A DNA stretch of 64,000 nucleotides from Neocallimastix sp. 'constans' (lineage: Eukaryota): positions 372,001 through 436,000 of the forward strand of contig JBODTK010000107.1 of NCBI GenBank assembly GCA_050613775.1, given 5' to 3'. The translations under genes were made by a program, and so were the position numbers. The notes below the pieces were generated by a model. The model was not told the DNA's origin and ran no database searches. It saw only the letters and a program-made list of their open reading frames with translations. Positions 14,456 through 27,149 of the stretch are shown here, one piece after another; within the stretch, counting starts at the first letter, position 1; every line of letters starts with the position of its first letter.

Positions 14456-14942
14456 AGGTTTTTTTCACTTTATTAACTGTATTAGCCTAGTTCTATATAC
14501 TATAAGAATTATTTATAATAACCCTTATATCTATTAAATTGGTATTTTTTTTATATCAATTATTTATTTAATTTATGAGCTTTTTAATAAATATAAATAA
14601 AATTGATAAGGAACATTTAACATAATTAGACCAAACATATCAATTTCTAATATACATAAAGTATATCATTATTAAATAAAAATGATATCTTGAAGATTCC
14701 AATATAAATTTCAAAAAAAAAAAAAAAAGAAAAAGTATATATATATATCATTAATATATCATCTTTCATGATAATCTATTAATATTAATTAGTAAATAAA
14801 ATAGATAAATGGAATTAATTATCAAAATTTTATTAATAGCATATTTGATTGAATATATTTATTAATATTTATTAATTTATTAATAATTATTTAATTATAA
14901 AATAAAATTAGTTAAAAATACAAATTATTTTAAAAATAGTAG

Positions 14943-15199
14943 TGAGTGTTGTACATTGATAGTTATTACTAATGTTAAATGATCACCGGCGTAACAGGAT
15001 TCCCTATGGAGTAATATATATGTTAGTGGTGTGTCGTTCAATGTTCTATAAACCTTTTTAATTAATTGATTTTATCTCTTTGAGTCCATAGTATAGGTGA
15101 AGATATGAAGTATTTTATATCAACCAGTTTTTTGTTATATTGACTAGTATAATAATTCTTGAATGAAAGTTTACTTTAGACAAGATTTATTTACATTCG
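14943..15199 (+). ncRNA. Candidate structured non-coding RNA (unassigned)
   Basis: GC-enriched island in AT-rich intergenic DNA with several hairpins containing G-U pairs and a closing stem 14944-14949/15193-15198. No family recognised. Confidence 0.3.
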
Positions 15200-15535
15200 A
15201 TATAGAAAATTATATATAGTCTTGTTTCATATAAAAACAAAAATAAAATGTAAATCATTTAAAGTTACCTATATAAATTATATTTAATTTTTTGTTTCAA
15301 ATATTTGTTTTCATATTTTTATTCAGATTTTTTCTAAATAATAGACTATTACATTATTGTAATAATCTATATTCTGTAAAAAATAATAGTTCTAATATGG
15401 TTCTTATTCCTTTAATTTATAGTACACATTATATTCTTTTTAATTTTCATTAAAGTTGTTAATATTAATATTAATATTTTTTTTAAAAAAAAAATTAAAT
15501 AATTACAAATGCTATATAATAATATCTTTAATATT

Positions 15536-18339
15536 TTATTTGTTAATTCTACTAGTATAATCAACATCATTATCATCAATATCATCATCAATGTCATCAT
15601 CAATATCATCATCAATATCATCATCAATAGCAACATCTATATCATCATCAATATCATCAATATAATTATTATTGATATTCTCTTTATCATCACCACTACT
15701 ACTTGCATTTTTTATTTTCATTGAATGGCCTGTAGCTTCAATAGCTTCCATATAATCTTTTTCTTGTATTGGTTCTTGTTGTTTAATAAAACGAAGTATT
15801 CTTTGAATATTTTCAGACATGAATTCTGATGAAGGTATAATTTTTAAAATATTTATATAAGTTAATTTGGTAAATGGAATTCCGTCTTCTATTATACTAT
15901 TTTTAAAAAAAATTTTTTTTTTTTTTAGATTATTAGTAATAATTAATTTATTATACTAATAATAAAAATAAATTATTATTATCATAATTATTATTTTATA
16001 TCTATATTTACTTTCGTATCTGTCTCAATAAAACACTTTCAGTGGAAGATATTTTTTTTGAAGATCCAGTAGTATATAACAATCTTTTAATCATATCATT
16101 ATACCATGGATGTTTTTTAATAATACTCTCACGTTCAATTTTTAGTTCGTTTCTTACAATATTTCTCATTCGTTTTATATCATCATCTATAAATGCATTA
16201 TTCTTTTTTTTTTTTTTTCACCAATTTTAAAAATATAAATGAAATAAAATATAGTTTTTTAATATTATTATTTAATTAATTATTATTATGAAAAAAAAAT
16301 ATTTACTAAACAGCTTACTTTACTAATTTTAAGTGAATTAAATTTCATTTTAAATATTTTTTTTCTATAAATTTCTTGTCTCATTAAATCTTCTTCTAAT
16401 ATATTATTTAACCGTTGGAGTTGATCATAGTATCTATCCCGTGTTTCATAAAACTTTAAAATTTTATTTTTATTTAAATAAATATAATTCGATAAATAAA
16501 TAATTAAGGTTTTTAAATTATTAAAATTAAGATTTAATTTATTTACTTTTTCTACTGGATTAATATGATTTAAATTTTGCTTAAATTGAAAAGTTTCTTC
16601 GAATTTTTTAAGATTTATAGTTTTTATTGATGGTTCCTCTAAATTAATATTTAAATATATAATTAATTAAACTTTATTTCTTTAAAAAGATTAAATAGTA
16701 ATTTTTTGTTACCGTTTTCCTTTTTTTTATTTATTTTTTCCTTTTTACTAATATTTTTCAATTTATTCTTGGATAATGGTATTGAATCAATGTATTGTTC
16801 TTTTAACATTTATTATATTACATTATTATATTATTAGTTATAAAAAAATCATAATATGAATAAATGTCAAATATAATAACATACCATTTTTTCTCGTATT
16901 TGTCAATTGTGCAAAGTAATTCTGTTTATCCATATCAAAAATAAGATGCTTATAATCAATTGCTTTATATAAAAAAAAATAATTAAATAAAATTAATAAA
17001 TATCAGTGGTCTTCATTATTATATGATTAATAAAATATTATTATACTATTTCATACTATTTAAATTAATATTTGATTTATCAGAATCATCATATTTATTA
17101 CAATTATGATTTTCTATAGTTTCAAAATATGGAACTCCATACTTTTAATAATTAATATATATATATATATATATTAATCTAGTCTATATATATATAATAT
17201 ATATATAATTAATATTATATATTTATAATTACTTTAACAAAATGCATTCTATTATTTGACTCATTTATTGCTGATTTTAATAATCCGTAACCAGTTTTTC
17301 TTCCAGATAAGTCCACTTTTATTTTTTTTATATAATGTAAAATATTTTTGATTATATAAATATTAACTATAAACCTAAAATTTAAATTATATATTTAAAG
17401 AAAAAATATCAAATTTCATTCTATAAACATACAAGTTGGAATTTTTCTATTAACATGATATAATTCATTTTTTATATTATTCATTTTATATTCCTGATGA
17501 TATGATGGCCTATATATATTATTAAAAATTATACATTAATTTTAAATTAATTTATAACTTTTAATATTATTTTGCTATTTAATATATTTTTAAAATACTT
17601 TTGAAAGGAACCTGGATTTATTTGTAAAGAATCAATTATTAATTTTTTTGTATCGGTGATAGGAGAACCTTTATAGAAATGAAACAATTTTTAATTAATT
17701 TAATCAAAAAAATTAAAAAGAAATATATTATAATTATATATATATATGTACCTAATGGTTTATATGGCTCTTTAAATACTGATGAAAATCCACATTCATG
17801 TACATCCTATTTTTTATTATTATTATTTTTTTATTATTAAATTTTTATTTTTAATAATAATAATATCCATATGAATTTAATTAATAATTATTATAATAAA
17901 TTAGTAATATTAGAAAACATTTTCTATGGGTAAAAACTAAAATGTATATTAATACTTTTTTTCTTCTCTCTTTTTCTTTTTTTATTTCTTGTTGATCCCC
18001 TGTTAAAAGACATAAATTAGTTCTTACGTATACTTTTTCGGGACTATAATTTGCCGTTCTAATTAAACTATCATTAATTATATTTGATTTCATTGAATCT
18101 AGCAATGATACATCTTTGATATCTTTTTTAATAAACTGACTATGACTAACTAAATTATGACGTCGAAAGTGATGCTTCGGTCCGATGGAGTTAGAATTAT
18201 TATTACCATTATTAATTGTTAAATTCTTATTTATTGATGATACATTATTAGTATCTTTTTGAATTGCTGAATTTTTAAATGATACTTCATTTGTATTATT
18301 CTTATTTAGAAGTAAGCTTCTTAGTGATGATTCTGTCAT
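15536..18339 (-). CDS. Hypothetical multi-exon (about 12 exons) coiled-coil protein; C-terminus tentatively CCDC60/DUF4698-like; acidic DDDI-repeat tail
   Basis: A chain of short GC-richer exons with GT/AG borders runs between ORF 17881-18339 and ORF 15536-15820. The last exons read ..KKHPWYNDMIKRLL.. and TYINILKIIPSSEFMSENIQRILRFIKQQEPIQEKDYMEAI. The CCDC60 resemblance is recalled, not searched. Confidence 0.6.
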
Positions 18340-18902
18340 TATAATATTAAGTAATTTATATATTTATAGGTTATATTTTCATATAATTTTCAAAAAATAT
18401 TTATAATAAATTGAATATTGAATGAATATAAAATGAAAAAATCTACCATTGATTTAATATTTTGTTTCATAATTTTTCCCACATAATACTGTATAATTAA
18501 ATAATTAAATATATATCTATTTTCAAAATCTATTTTTAACATTTATTAAAGTTTATTTTTTATAGTTTAATGAAACTTTTATAAATAATTAAAAAAAAAA
18601 TAATTACAAATATATATATATAAATGTAAAATTTATTAATTATATTAACTTCCTATATTTTATAAAAAATATTTATTAGAATCTTTTTTGTTACACCAAC
18701 TTAAATAACTCAAAATTTGATTAATAATAAATGAATTTTTAAATATTGAAATATTATTAAAGTTTTTAATTCATTTTAAATATGTCAAAGTATTTTACTA
18801 TTTTTTCTCAATAATAAGTTCATCATTCAAAAAATAATGTGTAAATTCATATTCATTAAAATTTTTAATTAATTTAATTTCATCAATTTCTCAGAGAAAC
18901 AT

Positions 18903-18946
<44 letters not shown>

Positions 18947-19913
18947 ATTATTAGAAATAAAAATTCATTTATATAAAGATATCTATACATTTTTTTAAAA
19001 AATTCTTTCATAAAAAATTCATTGGATATCTTATAATATTATATATAATTATTACTGAAAAAATAAAAACAATTATATGTAAATATTTTTAATAATAAAT
19101 AGAAAAATAAATAAATGCTCAGATTATTTAAACGCATAGGATATAATTTATAAATAAATAGAAAGATTTAATTCAGAATATCAATAAATACAATTTTAAA
19201 AAGAAATATACAATAAAAAAGAATATTTCATAAATCATATTTATTGTATTTAAAAATTTAAGTTTATCTACTATAATTTCCCATATTCCAAAATTTAAAG
19301 TATTAATAATTATTGAGCTTTTTTTTTATTATTTTATTTTTTTATTATTTTTTTTAATAGTTAAAAGTATAGATATAACCGCAATAGATGCTAAAAAACT
19401 ATAATTGAAGAAATAATAAAAATAATTAATATTTATATATAATTTTCACAGATTATTATTTAAGAACTTCTTATAATTTTTATAATTAAATAATCAAAAT
19501 TAATATTAATTTAATAATACTAAAATAATAATAGAATACATAAAACTATGAATTAAGTATCATTGCTAAAATTATCAAATGATGTAAAATATATAAAACT
19601 AAATAAAATATAAAATTTAATAAGATCTTGATTTTAATTTTTTTTTTTTTTTTAAAAAAACCTTTTTTTTTTTTTTTTTAATAAAAATTCTACTTTATAG
19701 TGTATTATTAAATAAAGATATATTAATCATTATTAGGAAAAGATCTAAATATATTTGAGAGAATGATAAAATAATAATAAATCTTTTAAATTTTATTAAT
19801 ACCGATTTGATTAAAAAATATAAAGAATTTATAATTATGAGATAATAAAATTATTTATATTTCGTTAAAACAAAAATTAATATTTAAAAAGTGTTGCATT
19901 TCAGTTAAGTTTC

Positions 19914-20595
19914 CTGATCGACTTTCGTTAGTATCAAATCTTCACGATTTTCCCCTCTAGTTTTACGTGAAAGGTTAGGGGTTAAATGATACTCAGGGGG
20001 ATCGTGCATTTCGAAATAGTGCATTTCGTAATGTGGCGTACTTGTTTTTTAATAATTTAATAAGTATTAGTTAAATAAATGATAATTAAATAAATAATAA
20101 ATATTCTTTTTTTTTATATATATAATTTATTGATATTCAATTATAAAAATATTTTTTTATAATAATAATAATAATTTTTTAAAATTCTTTTTTAATAGAA
20201 TATATTATTATTTCTTTTGAAATAATAATTTTTTATATATTTATTTATGATTGTATAGAATATTTTAAAAATGTATGACTTTATTTTAAAATTTTATAAG
20301 CCACATTGCGAAATGCATGATCTCCATACTCAGGTAGGTATGTTTTCTATATTTCTAATACTTTAGAATCCCATTGCATAAGACTTCTCTGAGAGATTAC
20401 AGTTTCCAGCTCCTCTGGGATGGCAAGGAGACCACCTATAGTGGGCTCTGCTTTCCCTTGAGGATCGCGAACAGTGCTTCTATATGGAGTTTCTTTGCTT
20501 ATGGGGAGTTGAGAGCGTATTTGTATGGCAGTTAAACATACACCCATATTAACATATGGGGGTGACAAAAGTCTTTAGTCTATAAAAAAAAAATA
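19914..20595 (+). mobile_element. Poly(A)-tailed non-coding retroposon (SINE-like element or LINE 3' end), about 345 bp once the inner MITE is removed
   Basis: Perfect 14-bp direct repeats TTCAGTTAAGTTTC at 19900-19913 and 20596-20609; A-tail at 20584-20593; GC-rich body with no credible sense ORF. Confidence 0.8.
19997..20325. mobile_element. MITE with GG-terminal TIRs and 8-bp TSD (Merlin- or MULE-like)
   Basis: Left TIR GGGGATCGTGCATTTCG versus reverse complement of the right TIR GGAGATCATGCATTTCG; TSD ATACTCAG at 19989-19996 and 20326-20333; AT-rich interior. Confidence 0.9.
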
Positions 20596-21895
20596 TTCAG
20601 TTAAGTTTCATTTTAGAAAATATGGCGTCTCAAAAATTTAATAAATAAATTAATAAATAAATAAATTTAATAAATAATGTCAAATTAGGGCTAAAAATTA
20701 TTTTATTTGTATTATACTTTTTAATATTTATATAAAATATATATTCTTTAAAAATAATATATTTTTGAAATAATATAAAAAAGCATTTAAAAAAAAAAAA
20801 ATTTTTTTTAATTATTTTTTACTTATATTTAATTATTTGCTTTTTGAATTTAATTATTTATCATGAAATTGGTATTAATTATTCAATCTCTTTAATTATG
20901 AAGTGTTTAAGAAAATATCTTATTTTTAAATAAAAATATAATATTTATTTAATTATTTGTTATTTTTATTTAACTATTTATTTATTCTGGATAAATCTAT
21001 AAACTTTATAAATATTCATTTATTAATTTATAATTAAATGATATTTAAAAATTTATGGCTATAATTTACAACAATATAAAAGCCATATTTTGAAATGTAG
21101 TTTTCCAAAATGCAATACATTCTTGTATTTACATTTTATATAATATCAAAATAAAAATTATTTTTGAATATTAAATTTCATTAATAAATTAAATTCCTAT
21201 ATATACAATAAGTATGTATTAGGTGATTATTTTGAATTAGGAAAAGATTTTTATTATTAGGTAAAAATACAATAGTATTATAATTATAATAGTATTATGC
21301 CTACTTATATAGTATTTAATATATATTTCAAAGTAGAAATTCAAATATACTTATAAGAATTTTTGTTAATGAAGAAGACATATTATGAGAAAATAAAAGA
21401 AAAAAAAAGAAAAAAAAAAATATTTAAATAGGTGAGATATATACGATATTTAGTTAACTTCATTATATTGCAAAAAAATATATTTATAAAAATCGCAATT
21501 TTGAAGATATATTAAAAAGAAATTTATATTTAAATTCATTCTGTATATATTATATATATATTATTATAAATATATAATTATATCAATATTCAATGATAAT
21601 AAGTAAACTATATGTATATATATGATTATTTTTTGTAGGATACTAATTAGATTATATTAATGCTTTTAATTTGAATAATGCTAATATTTGAATTAAGAAT
21701 AATTGAATTAAATATAATTATATATATGTAAATTAAATATTAAATTTTATACTCCTATTGTTTAAATAAAAAATTTTCATATTGTTTTTTAAAATCTGAT
21801 TTTATTTATTTTTATTTTTATTTTTATGTATTACCTATAAATTTGCATTTCAATATATTTTAAATTATTTTTGATTTAAAAGACTGATATTATAA

Positions 21896-21936
<41 letters not shown>

Positions 21937-22051
21937 GTATAAATAAATTAATAATTATAATTGTAATTTATAATTATACATTTAATGATGATATATTAAA
22001 TTGAAATAAATTTCGTTTTTAAATGAGTCGAATTAAATTGATATTAATAAT

Positions 22052-22831
22052 TTAATTTTTTGGTTGTTGAGCTTCTCTTCTCGTTGCATCTTGAAGTAAA
22101 GCAGTGTCAACTAAATCCTTCGATAAACTAACGTAACGAACTACTGAACCACGAATAAAACAACTTTTTACTGAATCCTGATATATTTTTTTTTATTATT
22201 AAAATTAAATTGGATACAATATAAACGATGATAAAATATGTATATATATAATATATACACTTTAATAATATTATAATTTCTTTAAAGAGTAAATGTTAAA
22301 TAGTATATAAATATTAACATACCATGTGAGGATATTTCTGCTGATCCAATACACTTATATCATTCAACTTGATATTTAAAAATTGATCTACTGAAATAAG
22401 TTTTCCAGTAATTGTAAGATCATTTTTTAATTCAACTGTTACTGAATGACCAATTAATGTATTAAAGAAAGAATAAAAAAGCTGGAAAAAATATTAAATT
22501 ATATATAATGAAATTTATAATTTTTCATTAGAATATAATTAATTAATATTAAAATATTACTTTATTTTTTATCATTAATTAAAATAGAACACATCATTTT
22601 GAATATTAATTCTATTTATTGATATATTATTTTAATTTCAAAACCTTAAAAAATTGATTTAATTTGCATAATAGTATAATTCACATAAAGTAGATTATAT
22701 CTTAAAGAAAAAAAAATTTTAATTTTAGCATTATTAAGAATATTTTAAAACTTGAAAGGAAAAAAAATAGAATAATATTTTAAATGTCTACTTCATAAAT
22801 TACTTTTAATAATTTATAATGTAATTACCAT
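22052..22831 (-). CDS. LSM2: U6 snRNA-associated Sm-like protein LSm2 (exons 22831-22829 ATG only, 22481-22323, 22177-22052)
   Basis: M|LFYSFFNTLIGHSVTVELKNDLTITGKLISVDQFLNIKL..KYPHM|DSVKSCFIRGSVVRYV..DTALLQDATRREA. The ATG|GTAATT micro-exon is inferred from the phase requirement. The ORF track missed this gene. Confidence 0.92.
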
Positions 22832-23612
22832 TTTTCTTTATTATAATTATTATTTATTATAAAAATTATTTATTATTATTATTATTATTAAATAAAACAA
22901 TTTAATAAAAAAAACAAAAAATATTTATTAAAATTTTAAATTTTATTGGATTAGAGATTTTATATAATTAAATTTTTCTTAAATTTTTATTATATTTAAT
23001 TAAATTTTCAATAAAAGTTAAAGTATGTTTTCCCTCCTAAGTATAAAATTCATTCTATAACCCACAAATAAATATAAAGAATAATAAAGAATAATAAAAA
23101 ATAATTTTATATTAATTTTATAAAATTTTAAATTTATTAGTATAAAATATTATATAATTTTATAATTTTTATGATCAATTAAATAAATAAATAAAAATAA
23201 ACTAAAATTCTAATAATAAAAAATAATTAATAAAGTTAATTAAAAAAAAAAAAATAATAAAAAAGTAAAAAAATAAATAATCAATATATATATATTTATA
23301 TACATAATTTTTTTTTTTTAATTTTATTTATTTTTATTTTTTCGATTTTGGTTTGCTTTTAAATAATTATATTATTTAATAATATACATAATAAATATTA
23401 AATTATTATTTAATATATATTTAATTAGTTTTTATCTAAAATATTACTATTCTTTTCAGGAATTTTTTTTTTAAAAAATAAAAAATAAAAGATGATTGTA
23501 TATATAAAATTAACGAAAAAATAAAAATAAATAAATAATAAATAAATAAATAAAATATAATACAATTACATACCTTATATTCAATATAAAAATTTTATAT
23601 ATTATTAAATTA

Positions 23613-23688
<76 letters not shown>

Positions 23689-23741
23689 TCATTGCGTTCT
23701 GTATAAAAAATTTCTTTTATTAAATAGAGTTTAATGAATAA

Positions 23742-25476
23742 ATGCTCAAAAGAACCAAAAGACAATTATTATTTATTTCACTTTTTGTTATTACTTTAGT
23801 CAGTGTTCATTTTATCTATAATCATGCCATAATAAATAAAATTGATTATGTTAATAATGTTAACGTTAATTATATAAACGATAATATAGATAGATATTTT
23901 GGTACTAAAAGTAGATACCCAATAAAGTCAGAAATTTCGGGTGCCAAATTTAGTGTCGATTCGAAATTTAAATTAAGACAAGTTCAATTAGTAATATATA
24001 TTTTTTTATTTTTATGTTAAAAATTTAAATTCATTAATAATAATATGTAGTAATGTTTATAAAAAAATATTTATTTATATACTTATATATATATATATTT
24101 ATTTATTTATTTAAAATAATAAATAAAAGGTTTGTAGACATGGAACTAGATATCCTACAGGATCAAAGAATTATAATGAAAAAATTGAATATTTAAGAGA
24201 TTTCATATATTCAAATTCAAATATTCTTCCCAAACATTATTCTTTTTTATCATTATTTGAAAACCCATATAATGTATCTGAATATGGACTTTTAGATGTT
24301 CAAGGCATTAAAGATATACAAAATTTGGCAAAACGTGCTATTAGAAGATATAATAATATAACTCAAACTATTGATGATATAGCTAATGTTCATATCTATT
24401 CTACAAATGTCACTAGAGTAGTAGATAGTGCAGCTGCTTTTGTTTCAACATTTAAAATTCATTTAGATAATATGCATAAAAATAGTGTAAATGATAACGA
24501 AGAAACTAATAATATTAAACATACACAAGATTCTATATTTGAACAAGATGAAGAAGAAACTCTTGCATTTGATAGAAGAGATTATGAGTTTAGTGAAAAA
24601 GAAATTAATATATTATTAGAAACAGATGTAGATAATTATGAGGATGACTTTAGTTACTTTCAAAATGATAAAATTTTAAAATATATTAATATATATAAGG
24701 ATCGTAGTCAAGATATTGTTTTATCTCCTCATATTGCATGTCCTTTATTCAACGAAGAAGTTGACTCAGACGAGAAAAAGGAAATAAATGAAAATATTAA
24801 AATACTCGAAAATAGTTATATTCAAAGTGTCATTAATGACATAAAAGAAAATTTACATATAGAAGAAGTACCAAGTATTGTAGGAGAAAGTGTAATGAGT
24901 ATGTGTATATTTGAAGTTGCTCTAAATAACACCAGAAATCAATTTTGTTCTTTAATTAATGTAAATAAAAAATATTCAATACTTTAATAATAAAATTTAT
25001 TAAGTATAAATTATATAAATTGTCAAAAAAATATTTTAAAAATAAATAAAATAAAAAATAAGAATAATATATAAATAAATAAAATAAAAATAAAATAAAT
25101 AATAAAATAAGATATAAAATAATTTATTATATAAAACTAATGATTATTAAATTTTAAATATTTTATTATATTTTAGAAATCTTCATTTGAAAATTATGCA
25201 TTTTATGAAGATTATAGAAATTATCATATTAAAGGCTATTATAATGAAATTAATAAATGGTTAGCAACACCATTATTCAAAGAAATAATCAATGATATAG
25301 ATAAAGAAATATTAAAAGATGAATTATATATAACCAAAAGAAATACTTTTAATACTAATATTGTATTAAGGTTTGGACATGCTGAAACAATATTTCCATT
25401 AGTAACTTTATTGGTATGTATATCAATAGATTATATGAATATAAATAAAAATTATAAGCAAAGTTTCCAAAAAAAA

Positions 25477-25529
<53 letters not shown>

Positions 25530-26146
25530 TAATTAATAAATATTTACATATTTCTTTTTTTTTTAATGTATCTATTATTTATAATTGATAATATGAAAAT
25601 AAAACGTTTCATTTATTAAACTTTATCTATAATTTAAAACACATCTTGATTAAACAAATATAATAATTAATATGATTAAATTAACAGGGTTTATATAAAG
25701 ATAAAAAGCATTTAACTATGAAAGATGCTCCACCAAATAATAAATATATATTTAAATCATCTGAAATATCACCATTTGCATCCAATTTTTGGTTTGAAAT
25801 TTATGAAATTGAAACAAAATATATTCCAAATTACAATCCAAAAGAAGATATACTATATGTTGATAATCCTTTTGGAAACCAAAATGTAACAAATATATTA
25901 GAAAATATTACTAATAATAATAGTCATAAAACCATAGTTAATCCTTTTACATTCGTTATAAGAATTCTTTTAAACGAAAGAGAAATAACTATTCCTGGAT
26001 GTTCACCAATATTAGTTGTAGATCCAACGACTAGAGAAAAAACAAAATATTCCACTTTTTGCTTATTAAGTCAATTTAAAAATTTATATAAAGATATCTT
26101 AAGTACTACAATTGATGATTATAAAGCAAAATGTCATATGAATTAA
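23742..26146 (+). CDS. MINPP1: Histidine acid phosphatase, multiple inositol polyphosphate phosphatase (MINPP1)/phytase type, with N-terminal membrane anchor; 4 exons
   Basis: QVQL|VCRHGTRYPT (RHGxRxP motif), STNVTRVVDSAAAF, RFGHAETIFPLVTLL|GLYKD (HAE motif), SPFASN, and IRILLNEREITIPGC. Confidence 0.85.
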
Positions 26147-26590
26147 TTATACATATAAATAACTATTTAAATTATATTTAAAATAAAATAAAAAACATAT
26201 AAATATATACATATATACATTTAAAAAGACAATTATAATATACCGATTTAATTAATTAATTATAAACAAATATGAATAAATTCTCACTGACAATTTTTTT
26301 TTAAAAAAAAAAAAAAAAATAAAAAACATATAAATATTTGATATAATAAAATATATCATATCCATATTCACTTATATTTATTTTAATATAATTTTTTCTT
26401 TTTGATTATAATATTGTTTCATTCGATTATTTTTTATTTTTTATTCTTTTTTATTCTTTTTTATTTTATTATTGTTATTATTAGTAGTAGTATTAGAATT
26501 ATATTTTATTCTTTTAATTTACAAAAAAAAATAAAAGTGAATGATAAATGCGTTTAATAAAAAGAAAATAATCTTTTCTTTTCTTTTCTG

Positions 26591-26621
<31 letters not shown>

Positions 26622-26717
26622 CACAAATATTTTAATTATTTTTTAATTATATCAGATATGATGATTAATATAATTTATTTAAAAAAAAACTTCTTATTTT
26701 ATTTTTTTTAAAAAATT

Positions 26718-27149
26718 CTAGCTAACATATAGCTTTATTGCTTTATCAATCCTTCTTTTACAAATTGGACATTTTGAAATGTTATTTGTTTTTAATTTAG
26801 TAATACAACTAGAGCAAACAGCATAATGACCACATGGAACTAAAATTTCTGTTACTTTACTTGAATGACAAACTTTACAAATAATTTCGCCATTTTTAAT
26901 CTTTAATTCTCTTTCCTTTCTATCATTAATTTCATTTTCTCCGTTTTCCTCTTTTCCTTGTAAATATTCGATCTCTTTATCTCTTTCATCAATAGTACAT
27001 TTTTGTTCCTCAATAACTTTATCTTTTTGAAGACTGGAAATAATACCAACAGTAGCAACAGTGGCTATACCAATTCCAGCAACGGTCTTTAAAACATTTT
27101 TAACAACTTTTTTGTTTTTTCTTCTAATTTCTTCTCTACTATCAGTCAT
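26718..27149 (-). CDS. Small RING-HC (C3HC4, IAP/MUL1-type) putative E3 ligase with hydrophobic anchor and coiled coil
   Basis: CKVCHSSKVTEILVPCGHYAVCSSCITKL..KCPICKRRI; hydrophobic stretch VAGIGIATVATVGII; single exon. Confidence 0.85.
   Translation of the reverse strand: MTDSREEIRRKNKKVVKNVLKTVAGIGIATVATVGIISSLQKDKVIEEQKCTIDERDKEIEYLQGKEENGENEINDRKERELKIKNGEIICKVCHSSKVTEILVPCGHYAVCSSCITKLKTNNISKCPICKRRIDKAIKLYVS

Larger units (their letters stand above)
19887..21122. mobile_element. Old, degenerate MITE (GCATTT-type TIR family), host of nested insertions
   Basis: After removing the inserts, the left end GTGTTGCATTT..CATTT..AAAATATGGC matches the reverse complement of the right end GCCATATTTTGAAATG..AAATGCAATAC (21082-21118). 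The flanks TAATATTTA / TTGTATTTA match at 7/9 positions (decayed TSD). Confidence 0.55.

Noticed and set aside
14979..15036. SECIS-like ATGA..AA stem
   Set aside because: The 3' GA of the kink-turn quartet is missing and no upstream same-strand gene with an in-frame UGA was seen.
19973..19984. GGTTAGGGGTTA as a telomere seed or telomerase template
   Set aside because: Only about 1.5 units of a 7-mer, and the A-tail indicates the RNA strand is the G-rich one, which is wrong for a template.
20458..20475. Hammerhead-like core TTGAGGA-TCGC-GAAC
   Set aside because: It deviates from CUGANGA..GAAA at conserved positions and I found no convincing stems I-III.
20347..20568. 73-aa minus-strand ORF
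   Set aside because: Non-ATG start, no recognisable domain, and antisense to the A-tailed retroposon.
22561..22597. Proximal ATGs as the LSM2 start
   Set aside because: The ATGATG start gives the wrong splice phase or a stop, and the MIKNK alternative is possible but non-conserved. ATG|GT at 22831 restores the canonical MLFYSFF.
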